Shown piece after piece: positions 1-12,339 of a DNA stretch of 44,887 nt (within the stretch, counting starts at the first letter, position 1; every line of letters begins with the position of its first letter). Under the pieces are notes generated by a model that saw nothing but the letters and a program-made list of their open reading frames with translations, did no database searches and had not been told where the DNA came from. A program made the position numbers and the translations under genes. The DNA comes from Trichosphaerium sp. ATCC 40318 (Eukaryota > Protista > Tubulinea). The DNA lies in the NCBI GenBank assembly GCA_038496445.1, contig JALMLS010000599.1:1-44887 (forward strand), written 5' to 3'.

Positions 1-888
1 AAATTATTTGACAGTAATCACGATGCCAGTATTTGCACTTGCTTATTGGCTGTAACAAATCTTGCATACCTACGTTGTACCAATCAGAGAAGAGGTGCAC
101 GCGCAATACCATTGCCGCCTCTTCAAAGCTACTCGTTTTTGGTCAAGTGTCAAGTTGCGTTGCGTTTCTTGATGTTTAGGCGCTTAAAGTCACGTCAGAA
201 CTTTTAGCTAATTTTTACACTGTCATTTGAGCTTTAATGTCTGTTTTAAAGAAAACGTACGGCAGCGGTTCGTTTTATATCTGCTTGGAACGTTTTCTTA
301 CGTTGTCGAGTTTGTTTAGTACAATTAGCGATATTTAATTGCAAAGCATCCCTAATGAATCGAGCCATGCGAATGACGGCGATACAGCACAATCATTACG
401 TTATTGAGATAAATTCTACAATACACACTATTCAGCTCAAGTACCTGGCGAGATATGTAGTGTTAAAGCCTATAAACGACCCAGCAATGTCTGGGTCAAC
501 TAATATCAGCAAACTGTATTCACAGAACCTGACAACTTCAAAACCTACACAACGAACATGTTGTCAACAGTGCATTAAGTCGTGTTACTATTATATTTTA
601 TTGAGCTTTGCTGTTGGTATTACATTAGTTCGTTAACCCAGCGAACAAATGGCTTTGTACTTGGACCAACTGTTACATTCTTAGTATTAACAATGCTGAG
701 CATACGTGACATGACATTAAAATTAATATCAAAAACTTTCCAACGGAAATCTTCATGTGCATTCTCTGCAACAAACTTCCAGCAGTGTTCATGTAATTCT
801 GAAGGTGCTGTATAAATTGCTTTCTTGTGTTATTATCAATAATTTTAAACTCCTCTCTAAGCAAATACATTGTAAGCACAAAAGAGAT
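1..888 (-). repeat. Inverted copy of ~8258-9148
   Basis: ORFs 355..636(+) and 582..815(+) are identical to 8511..8792(-) and 8332..8565(-). The window start (aaattatttgacag) is the reverse complement of the sequence ending at ~9148, and the match ends at aaagagat (888 / 8258). Confidence 0.95.
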
Positions 889-896
889 CAACACGA

Positions 897-1757
897 GAAA
901 AATAGAACAAATTTCTTGGGTGAGATAAGCAACGGTTTAACATTACAACCCCGATGCCTGGTAAGATTATTATTTCAAGACACGTTGTTAAATATTATAA
1001 TTTAAGGTATCGCGTATTACGGACCAATTAAGGGCATATGGAGGGTACAGGATTTACTACAGTATTGGCCTCACGTTCTTGGTAACATTGAGCCTAACTT
1101 AAAATGGCAATGGCATCGTTTTGGGTTCCTTGGAAAACATGCAGAGCAAAGGTTAGTAAATGACATATCATTTAGTGATGGGGCTAAGTGGATATTCTTA
1201 GGGCATTGGCACAGTGTTATCAGGGAGATATTTCCACAAGCGGAGGTAATAGAAGAAGCAACAATAGGTTTACAAGGAATGAATTATACGCGGATATCTG
1301 TTGATATTTATGTACCACAATATAGCTTAGCTATAGAGTATCAAGGTGTACAAAATTATAGTGATACATTCAAATGGCATAGTGGGATGCAAATCTCAGA
1401 AATACAAAAAATCCGAGATATGGAAAAGAATCAACAGTGTAAAAATGCGAGTACGTTTGGAACCACTTTGTCCTCTACAGATGTTGTTAGCAACTCACCT
1501 TGTATTTATTAGATATACACCTTGTTCCTATCCCGTATTGGTGGTCTCCAGGTGATATAGGGGCGCTTATTGCAACAATGATGTACTACTATCCAGATCT
1601 TGGATTGGAAATACCAAGTGGTGCTGTTCCTTTGCTTGAGGAGCCTCAGGATAACAAACGTGAGTATTTTAAGTTTATCAAGATAGCTTTACTTACTCAC
1701 TACCGATTAGGTAGCCCACTCATGGTGCCTCCTGCAGAAATGAACACATTTGCATAA
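897..1757 (+). pseudogene. 5'-truncated duplicate of Trp-repeat/PD-(D/E)XK nuclease gene A
   Basis: Matches ~9870-10729 with several indels; VDIYVPQYSLAIEYQG and IPYWW motifs present. Confidence 0.7.
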
Positions 1758-1884
1758 AGGGAATAATTTTATTCAAACCACTAAACCTTAATTCAACATT
1801 CCATTTTATTACGAATTATAGTTTTATTCTTGTGTTAGTCTCTTGTTGTCCTTCATTTGTACTGGCTTTGTAAATATTATAAGA

Positions 1885-3239
1885 TTACAAGTACTTCATG
1901 TGGAATTCAATATGCTCTTGTATGAATGTAGAAATAAAGAAGTAGCTATGATCATAACCATCTTGCATCCTGGAAAATGTACAATCAGAAAAAAATAAAT
2001 GAAATCAAAAGCTGTACCTGACATCCAATGCAACATTTGTATTTCCTTTAGCGGCAGCCTTAAACAAATGTAAAAATCTACAACAAGTACAGACAATAGA
2101 CTTACAGTAAGGTTTTCAGGTAACAGTTGCTTCTTCCCCAAGAAACCATCAACTGTACCCTACGCAAAGTTGTTACAACAAATACTGAGCCCTTCTTGGA
2201 TAATCCTGATCCTTCGTAAAAGAAAACTGTTCACGTGATTACCTGGTCAACAAGAATTGGTAGAGCGTCTCCTTCTCGTTTGTAACTCTTAATCAATTCG
2301 GTAGCATCATAAGCCTAAGTCAAGAGTAAGAATATTGGCGTTTTTTTTCAACCGAAATTTCAAAAACCAGAAAAATAGAGCACGTGCCTTCCAATCTTCT
2401 TTGTTGCTTCCAAGGTATCCCCCAAAGCATTTTTCGCCCCATGGGCAATTTACTGGGTTACTTATAGGAGCAAATGCGGAAACACTCTATACACAGTCGT
2501 GTGAGAGAACGTCGTGTGAAAAATAAAAATACCTTAAAAGTGTTTGTCTTTAAACCAATAATAAGAGCACCATGGCCGCCCATTGAATGTCCTGTGATAC
2601 CTTGCCTGTTAACGTCTACTGGTGCAAGAGATTCTACAACTTTTGGAAGCTCTTTTGTTATGTAGGAGTACATGCGATAATTTTTCCACTTTGGTTCAGT
2701 GGCGTCAACGTAGAAACCAGCGCCAGTGCCTAGACTGTTGTAAATAGATGTAAAATTGGTGTTCCTCTCCTAAGACGCTATGTAGTGCACACAAAAAGAT
2801 TTAAGCGGTAACGAAGTTGTGAATATAAACGTACCAAAGTCCCAACTCTCGTCTTCACCTTCAACGCCTAGTCCTCCTTTTGATAACAATAAGCGTTTAG
2901 AAAAAAAAAAAAACCGAATGACACGCACTTGGTGAAGTGTCTGGAGCGATTAGAATCAACCCTTTTCTGCAGCGTATTTCTGGGCACCTGCCTTTTGAAT
3001 AAAGTTTTGATCTGTGCACGTCAAGCCTGACAAGAAGTAGAGGACTGGGTAAGCTTTCGACGCCTAGGTATTTAGCTATTATTACGCCCAATAATACGTA
3101 CAGCGTCTTTATCATTAGAATCGAAAGGCAAATAGATGTGAAACTTCATTTTACAGCCGAGTTCGGTTGACATATGCTCATAGCGATCTACTGAACCTCC
3201 AAAGCAGCGTGTTGAGTCTAGTTGTTTAGGTGCTTCCAT
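1885..3239 (-). CDS. ESD: S-formylglutathione hydrolase (esterase D), duplicate copy with a 1-nt frameshift near 2960
   Basis: Same sequence as 10857-12211 ([17 protein letters not shown]), but one C is missing in the caacccc run. Confidence 0.8.
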
Positions 3240-3369
3240 TGTTTTTTGTAACTGAAAAAATACAGTTTAAGTCGCACCACGCCTTGTACCAAGTTAAAAG
3301 CCGTTAATAGTCCATGCACAGAGTGAAACTACTCACCAGAGATTGATCCACACGCAAATTAAGAGCACC

Positions 3370-6300
3370 TGTCAACCAACGTGAGCTATGCGTCATTTGA
3401 TGATTTATGCTTCGTATTTCATCAAGAGTGGCAGCCAATAGCAGTGGTACGCAATTGTAAAAAAATACCAATAATTAGCTCTTCTACGCTTAAATGCGCG
3501 TTTTATGTACTGCTGCTCATCAATTTGACTAGATAAAGCATCCAAAAACCTTTTGAATGAGCGCTTCTTTTTTGATGTTACAATTGCACCCACATTCAAC
3601 CTTAAGACAATTGACGCGTGGTACAATGTAGTAAGCGCTGATTTTTTGGACGCAGGGTTCTTCAAATTCATAGACAGGTAATTTTTCAAAAAAGCTTGCC
3701 TACTCTCCAAGTGATCTCACTTTACCCACCAGATATGGTGGATCTCCATCCAAGTGTCTACAAAACGTGTACCCTGAATACGAGTGGATATCGTGGAAGT
3801 TCAAGTACGATACCATTTTATTGCAAATCACGTGACTACGTATTTGATACGTCTTCTTGACGACTATGTAATGACAGTATCGCTCAAGGGGTGGTCCGAG
3901 AGGCCATTGGGAAGATGTAAAATCTAGATTATCTAAACTAGAGGCAGTTGCAGAGGAACTTGAACTCAAAATCGTTGAAGACTGGTATAAGGTTAATATA
4001 AAAGCTTTTCGAAACGTTAGTGGTTCAGGAGTCTTGGCAAAGTACGCTTATGAAAACACCATAGATTAATGTTAATATCTTAAAAGAGATGGTGGATCCC
4101 TTATAAAATGCCTTGCAGAAATATATCCAAACTTTGAATGGATAGAAGACAATTTCAAGTGCGCTCATTGTCTTTGATTGTCAAAAAAATGTTGTTCCTT
4201 ACTTTTTCTTTTTTGTACTTTAGTATGGTGACACGAGGTCATTGGAGCGACCAAAACAATCTTGTAGATTTTTTTAATAAGGTTGGTGAAAAAGAGGGAA
4301 TAAAGGATTTAGATGGATGGTATGACCTATCACGTAAGGCCATGGAAAAACACAATATATTTCGGTTTATAAGGTAAACTATTTTTCTGATCCCTACCTG
4401 CTTTGTCATCATTTCATCGTGTCTAAGACTTCTTTGCATAGAAGTAAAAAGGGGTTACTGGATAAACTTATTAAAGTATTTCCTAATTACCGATGGCTCC
4501 CAGTAGAGTTTTGGGAAAGCAGGTTTCTTCTTATTTGCATTTTTCAACATTGAGTGACCTGTTGTTAGACGTGCGCCTGCTGGGTATTGGAACTCAATGG
4601 ATAATCAACGCGCTCAATTTGAGGTTATTGGCCGACTATCGGGGATCAAGACAATGGATGGTTGGTATAAGGTCCCACAAGAAAAAATACTCAGCGATCA
4701 ATCTTTGAACTCCATAATGATATCAAAGTGCGTCCCACAGTTTTTAACCAGTTGAATACTCAAATCTTGTCAGGTATAGTGGATATTTAGATAAGGCACT
4801 GATGAGGTTGTATCCTCATTACTCTTGGGATTCATCACAGTTCAAATCTAGACGTACTAAACACCGACAGCATATCAACATGCAAAGAATGATTTTCGAA
4901 AATATTGGTAAAGAACTGGGTGTTAAGATGCTAGATGATTGGCGGGATATACCTGCTACAGATATTGCAAAGAAAGGTGGATCAGGAATTGTTCAATTAA
5001 AGTACTACACTGCATAAAGAGAAGATGTAAACTGACTTGTTCAACAAAAGGTATAATTCGTCAAGGAACAAAATGTTACAAGGTCTTTATCCACAACATC
5101 CATGGAATTTTCCTGTCATTGAATACGTTGAAAAAGGCCACTGGTACGCTTAAACACTTACTGAACACCAAGTTTACATAATTCATTAACTAACTAGGCT
5201 CGACACAACAAATCAGCGCTCGTTTTTAACGAAAGCCACTAAAGCATTGAATATTACTAACAACGAACAATGGTGCCACCTTTTTTTATCTTTTCTTTTT
5301 CTTATTAATGGGTAAAGGTATCGTGTTTCAGAGGATCAAATACGCTCTTTAGGCGGTAAAGGATTACTTGCCTATTTCCCAAGAGTTCTAAGTGTACTTG
5401 ATTCTGAGTTTCCTTGGCAATGGCATAAGTTCTTACATAAAGCAAAAAGAGCACGACAAAGGTACAATATATTCAACACGTGTTGAGGCTTAATCTCATA
5501 TCAAAATTTGCAGGTGGCTTCGCCATAGTATCAAGAGAGTATTACCTTCTATTGAAGTATTAGAAGAGCATGCTATTGGTAGCATTAACGCATCTGGGAG
5601 CCCTTTGACAGTTGATGTATTTGTTCCAAAACATGACCTTGCTATTGAATATCAGGGTACGCATACTTGTTTGCCTGCAACGACTTATATGCTTTGTAAA
5701 GGAGAACATCACTATCACGAAAACATGGCTTACTCTCAACCAAAAGCGATGTATCTCCTACGTGATTTGAGAAAGCTCAGCATTGCAAAGACAATGGTAA
5801 GAAAAAGCAACTAAAGAGTTTTTCAGCTCAAACTTTAATTGAACTTCCTTAGGTATATGTTTGGTGCCTATACCATATTGGTGGCCTGGCGATTTAGATA
5901 CACTTGTAGCAACATTATTATATTTTAAGCCAGACCTTGAGGTTTCTCATAAAATCACTAAACACATTGAACCATTATGTGAAAAACCAGTTGAGAGTAT
6001 TCAGCCAGGTGACTCTCCAGGTACGCTTGATATCCTTTTTATTTCTTTTGTTTCTATCAAAAAGGGTTAAGGCACTTTACTAATGATTGTTCTTACAAGG
6101 TGAGAAACTAATGAAGCCTACTTCAAATACAAGAGATACATTTGTTGAAATGGTTATTCAATGTACATAATCGACAAGGTTTGAAGTCATTGGCGGGTGT
6201 ACACACTATATACTTGTATGGGTTGTACTCAGATTACACTCGTGTTGAGGCATTAACTGGTGCACAGAATGTAATATACTAGCAAAATGCTCATTTTTTA

Positions 6301-7419
6301 ATCACAATGAGTTTGTTTATGCTTTGTGATAGAAAAAATTATTGTGCCACAAAAGTTAGTACCATGAACGCCCTTTAGTACCAATAACATTATATCTGGT
6401 TTCACTTTTTTTGCAGCACCGTTTTTGAAGTTGAAATTTATAAAACGTTTCTGTCATCAAGATATTTCCGCTGGATTATCCGCTTATTTCCTATTTTAAA
6501 AAACGGTACATGTGCCTTTTGTCTAGAAGTCTTGCCTGAGGCAAGGAGAGATAGTTTCCTATAGTTGAAACCGACACGGCCGCTCAGAAAAAAACCGGAA
6601 AATTCCGCGGAAAAGCTACCTTAACATCAAGTACATTATATCGTCATTAAACGAATATAAAAGTATGGCAGATAGCACTTTGGTCGAAGTTGAAGGCATG
6701 ACGCTCCATTGGGGTGACGAAGTACCTAAAGTACGTGAAAACAGCTTGTAAACGCGCTATCAAATTGATACCGCCGTTTATTGTAAAGGTAAGGTTAAAC
6801 CTCGTATAGAACATTAAAGACATAGCTCTCAAGTACATAAAAGAAAATCCGGGTACACCATTGACATAGAGCCTTGTACAAAAACGTACGCAAGACGGTG
6901 CCCTCGAAACATGTCCCATTAATTCTTTATGAAGTGTATCAGTTGAAATAGATGGAGTAGTTGTCGCTGAAAGTAAAGAGGCTGTAGAAGTTCACGAAAC
7001 AGCGCATAAAATGGTAGGTCAACAACTGCAAAGAGTCTAGCAGCTACGCCAAATGGAGTAGTTAAGCTTCATTTGCGCTAGTAAAAGTTGCATGAAAAAA
7101 ACACGTGTTTAAATCGACTGTTGACTGGATTAACCTTAGGTTTATTACTTACCACGAAAGGATGTCAAGGGGAAATTTGACTCCAGGAAGGAACATACTG
7201 TGCGTATTCAACTGGTTTACAATATGATTTTTGACTTTCTGTTGTATTTAGAGTCACTGTCCTTTTAAGGGTATGGCGTCATACTATGATATAGATATAA
7301 ATGGTAAACAATACTCTAATGCTATTTGGAGCTATGAGACACCAATAGATAGTGTAAAAGGAATCAAGGATCTGGTTTCTTTCATGCCACAAGAAACGTT
7401 GAAATGGAAGGTTGAGTAG
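3370..7419 (+). CDS. Duplicate of Trp-repeat/nuclease gene B
   Basis: Near-identical to ~12340-16396. This copy keeps the RDLRKLSIAKTM frame, which is shifted by an extra T in the second copy. Confidence 0.7.
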
Positions 7420-7547
7420 CCAGTGTTTAGTCTTGCATCTATTGTTACAATGTGTCAATGCTAGATATCTTTGTTTTTAATCACGTGAGCAATAAAGTAA
7501 AATAAATGGTGTTTGACAAACTTTGTTTATTGAAAGCAAAGCAAGAC

Positions 7548-8250
7548 TTAATGACACAAGTTTTGCATGGTTTCAGCTCCTTTTACTGGAGGAGATGTCG
7601 CTGAATTTTCTGTCACAAGCTTGATAGCAACATGGAAAGGATCATGGACTGTCTTAAAGATAGCGTCACCTTGTACGTTGTTCCAAAACTGAGCAACTTT
7701 AGGAGGAAGTTGATCATCGTATTTTCCAACATAAACACTCTGAGCAAGAGATGAAGCTAGTACCAATCAGCTATACTTAAGTTCATTCCAACAAGCCAAT
7801 GAGAATCTTTAAAGTAATTGTCATTATTAAAAAGATAGCTAAACAGAAAAGTCAGGAATAAAAACCACCTCTGAGAATACTCACCTCATCATGTAGTTTG
7901 TTATGTATTTCTCTTACTTTGCCAGTGTCTTTTTCCTTTACTTTGAGAACTGTAGGTCCAAAGAAATGATCATATGCTAGAGTGTTGAAGTCACAACAAC
8001 ATTTCCTCATATACGACCTCATAAACACTGTCAATCTGTTTGATAATACTTAGCTTAACACTGCCACGTAACAGTCGTTTTCCTTGATAGCGATTCCAGG
8101 CAGTAACTGGATAATAGCAAACTCGATTTTTTGATGTCAACAAATACCTTTCAAGTCAGGATATAAACTTACTGATGCCATGAACAAAAATACCTTGCTA
8201 TTGCATTTGAAGTGCGCAAAACAAATAGAGTCTTCATCCTTTAAAACGGG
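7548..8250 (-). pseudogene. 5'-truncated, error-rich duplicate of the GST gene
   Basis: Matches ~16525-17225 with many indels and breaks off at ttaaaacggg (~8250). Confidence 0.7.
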
Positions 8251-8257
8251 TCATTTT

Positions 8258-8527
8258 ATCTCTTTTGTGCTTACAATGTATTTGCTTAGAGAGGAGTTTA
8301 AAATTATTGATAATAACACAAAGAAAGCAATTTATACAGCACCTTCAGAATTACATGAACACTGCTGGAAGTTTGTTGCAGAGAATGCACATGAAGATTT
8401 CCGTTGGAAAGTTTTTGATATTAATTTTAATGTCATGTCACGTATGCTCAGCATTGTTAATACTAAGAATGTAACAGTTGGTCCAAGTACAAAGCCATTT
8501 GTTCGCTGGGTTAACGAACTAATGTAA
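8258..8527 (+). CDS. Probable 3' exon of an unidentified gene, cut by the duplication junction
   Basis: Open frame ending ...FRWKVFDINFNVMSRMLSIVNTKNVTVGPSTKPFVRWVNELM*, followed by aataaa. No recognisable domain. Confidence 0.3.
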   Translation: MSFVLTMYLLREEFKIIDNNTKKAIYTAPSELHEHCWKFVAENAHEDFRWKVFDINFNVMSRMLSIVNTKNVTVGPSTKPFVRWVNELM

Positions 8528-8778
8528 TACCAACAGCAAAGCTCAATAAAATATAATAGTAACACGACTTAATGCACTGTTGACAACATGTTCGTTGTGT
8601 AGGTTTTGAAGTTGTCAGGTTCTGTGAATACAGTTTGCTGATATTAGTTGACCCAGACATTGCTGGGTCGTTTATAGGCTTTAACACTACATATCTCGCC
8701 AGGTACTTGAGCTGAATAGTGTGTATTGTAGAATTTATCTCAATAACGTAATGATTGTGCTGTATCGCCGTCATTCGC

Positions 8779-10729
8779 ATGGCTCGATTCATTAGGGATG
8801 CTTTGCAATTAAATATCGCTAATTGTACTAAACAAACTCGACAACGTAAGAAAACGTTCCAAGCAGATATAAAACGAACCGCTGCCGTACGTTTTCTTTA
8901 AAACAGACATTAAAGCTCAAATGACAGTGTAAAAATTAGCTAAAAGTTCTGACGTGACTTTAAGCGCCTAAACATCAAGAAACGCAACGCAAACTTGACA
9001 CTTGACCAAAAACGAGTAGCTTTTGAAGAGGCGGCAATGGTATTGCGCGTGCACCTCTTCTCTGATTGGTACAACGTAGGTATGCAAGATTTGGTACGAG
9101 CCAATAAGCAAGTGCAATACTGGCACGTGATTAGCTGTCAAATAATTTTGCAACTAAAATTTACAATTAGGGAGAATCGTAGTGGGCTGATTACAACTTA
9201 TCTATTCGAGATTTATCCTGACTACAACTGGGACTCATGGAAATTCAAGTACATTTAAAAAGTGAAAGTAGAGCATGTGTTAACAAGAACACAGGGTTGT
9301 ACCTACTGAGTTTTGGAGTGATCGATTTAATTGCCTTGCTTGTCTCAATTATATTGGTGGTCTATTGAATGTTAAGGTTCTAGAAGATTGGAATACTATT
9401 AGTGCACAAGATTTCGCAAAGCATGGGGCAGGAAAATTGCTCAGGTTCGCCATTGACAAGTAGAAAAAAGCTAAAAGTATAACGTGTTTAGTCACTTCGA
9501 CAGCAGTATTGTGGCTTGTCTAGAGTACGCTTTTCCACATTATCAGTGGAAGTCGCAAGTAAGAAGGACAGGTGAGATATATTGGAGTGATACAAAGAAA
9601 CAGTCAAAGAGACTTGAAGTGATTGGACAGCGTCTTGGTATGAAGACACTAGATGATTGGTATAAAATAGAAAAACGACAAATAGTTAGGATGAGTTCAC
9701 GTGAGATGTTGTACGTGAAATCTATTTACGTGATTGACTGCGCCTTTTCTCACTTGTTTGTAATAGAAATGTTCATAATGGATCTGTGTATAATTGTTTA
9801 CAGACAGCCTTTCCTTCATACGAGTGGAGCCCTTATAAATTTAGAAAGAAAGCCTTTTGGCAGACTTCAAAAAATAGAACAAATTTCTTGGGTGAGATAA
9901 AGCAACGATTTAACATTACCAACCCCGATGCCTGGTAAGACTTATTATTTCAAGACACGTTGTAAATATTATAATTTAAGGTATCGCGTATCTACGGACC
10001 AATTAAGGGCATATGGAGGTACAGGATTACTACAGTATTGGCCTCACGTTCTTGGTAACATTGAGCCTAACTTTAAATGGCAATGGCATCGTTTTGGGTT
10101 CCTTGGAAAACATGCAGAGCAAAGGTTAGTAAATGACATATCATTTAGTGATGGGGCTAAGTGGATATTCTTAGGGCATTGGCACAGTGTATCAGGGAGA
10201 TATTTCCACAAGCGGAGGTAATAGAAGAAGCAACAATAGGTTTACAAGGAATGAATTATACGCGGATATCTGTTGATATTTATGTACCACAATATAGCTT
10301 AGCTATAGAGTATCAAGGTGTACAACATTATAGTGATACATTCAAATGGCATAGTGGGATGCAAATCTCAGAAATACAAAAAATCCGAGATATGGAAAAG
10401 AATCAACAGTGTAAAAATGCGAGTACGTTTGGAACCACTTTGTCCTCTACAGATGTTGTTAGCAACTCACCTTGTATTTATTAGATATACACCTTGTTCC
10501 TATCCCGTATTGGTGGTCTCCAGGTGATATAGGGGCGCTTATTGCAACAATGATGTACTACTATCCAGATCTTGGATTGGAAATACCAAGTGGTGCTGTT
10601 CCTTTGCTTGAGGAGCCTCAGGATAACAAACGTGAGTATTTTAAGTTTATCAAGATAGCTTTACTTACTCACTACCGATTAGGTAGCCCACTCATGGTGC
10701 CTCCTGCAGAAATGAACACATTTGCATAA
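8779..10729 (+). CDS. Gene A: four ~70-aa Trp-rich repeats plus a Vsr/DUF559/RAP-like PD-(D/E)XK endonuclease (multi-exon; start approximate)
   Basis: Repeat cores SDWYNV..IYPDYNWDSWKF, EDWNTI..AFPHYQW, DDWYKI..AFPSYEW and DAW|YRVS..FKWQWHRF, then ISVDIYVPQYSLAIEYQGVQHY..RDMEK..IHLVPIPYWW. Confidence 0.75.
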
Positions 10730-10856
10730 AGGGAATAATTTTATTCAAACCACTAAACCTTAATTCAACATTCCATTTTATTACGAATTATAGTTTTATT
10801 CTTGTGTTAGTCTCTTGTTGTCCTTCATTTGTACTGGCTTTGTAAATATTATAAGA

Positions 10857-12211
10857 TTACAAGTACTTCATGTGGAATTCAATATGCTCTTGTATGAATG
10901 TAGAAATAAAGAAGTAGCTATGATCATAACCATCTTGCATCCTGGAAAATGTACAATCAGAAAAAAATAAATGAAATCAAAAGCTGTACCTGACATCCAA
11001 TGCAACATTTGTATTTCCTTTAGCGGCAGCCTTAAACAAATGTAAAAATCTACACCAAGTACAGACAATAGACTTACAGTAAGGTTTTCAGGTAACAGTT
11101 GCTTCTTCCCCAAGAAACCATCAACTGTACCCTACGCAAAGTTGTTACAACAAATACTGAGCCCTTCTTGGATAATCCTGATCCTTCGTAAAAGAAAACT
11201 GTTCACGTGATTACCTGGTCAACAAGAATTGGTAGAGCGTCTCCTTCTCGTTTGTAACTCTTAATCAATTCGGTAGCATCATAAGCCTAAGTCAAGAGTA
11301 AGAATATTGGCGTTTTTTTTCAACCGAAATTTCAAAAACCAGAAAAATAGAGCACGTGCCTTCCAATCTTCTTTGTTGCTTCCAAGGTATCCCCCAAAGC
11401 ATTTTTCGCCCCATGGGCAATTTACTGGGTTACTTATAGGAGCAAATGCGGAAACACTCTATACACAGTCGTGTGAGAGAACGTCGTGTGAAAAATAAAA
11501 ATACCTTAAAAGTGTTTGTCTTTAAACCAATAATAAGAGCACCATGGCCGCCCATTGAATGTCCTGTGATACCTTGCCTGTTAACGTCTACTGGTGCAAG
11601 AGATTCTACAACTTTTGGAAGCTCTTTTGTTATGTAGGAGTACATGCGATAATTTTTCCACTTTGGTTCAGTGGCGTCAACGTAGAAACCAGCGCCAGTG
11701 CCTAGACTGTTGTAAATAGATGTAAAATTGGTGTTCCTCTCCTAAGACGCTATGTAGTGCACACAAAAAGATTTAAGCGGTAACGAAGTTGTGAATATAA
11801 ACGTACCAAAGTCCCAACTCTCGTCTTCACCTTCAACGCCTAGTCCTCCTTTTGATAACAATAAGCGTTTAGAAAAAAAAAAAACCGAATGACACGCACT
11901 TGGTGAAGTGTCTGGAGCGATTAGAATCAACCCCTTTTCTGCAGCGTATTTCTGGGCACCTGCCTTTTGAATAAAGTTTTGATCTGTGCACGTCAAGCCT
12001 GACAAGAAGTAGAGGACTGGGTAAGCTTTCGACGCCTAGGTATTTAGCTATTATTACGCCCAATAATACGTACAGCGTCTTTATCATTAGAATCGAAAGG
12101 CAAATAGATGTGAAACTTCATTTTACAGCCGAGTTCGGTTGACATATGCTCATAGCGATCTACTGAACCTCCAAAGCAGCGTGTTGAGTCTAGTTGTTTA
12201 GGTGCTTCCAT
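10857..12211 (-). CDS. ESD: S-formylglutathione hydrolase / esterase D (multi-exon)
   Basis: [49 protein letters not shown], nucleophile elbow [29 protein letters not shown]. Confidence 0.95.
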
Positions 12212-12339
12212 TGTTTTTTGTAACTGAAAAAATACAGTTTAAGTCGCACCACGCCTTGTACCAAGTTAAAAGCCGTTAATAGTCCATGCACAGAGTGAAA
12301 CTACTCACCAGAGATTGATCCACACGCAAATTAAGAGCA

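Larger units (their letters stand above)
897..8250 (+). repeat. Direct duplicate (~7.35 kb) of ~9870-17225, offset ~8972-8977
   Basis: Nearly all ORFs recur at +8972 (e.g. 1500..1757 vs 10472..10729; 4802..5017 vs 13774..13989). Differences are mostly 1-nt indels, concentrated near the copy ends. Confidence 0.95.

Noticed and set aside
355-815. ORFs in the inverted segment treated as independent genes
   Set aside because: No motifs; they are antisense or intergenic frames repeated only because of the duplication.
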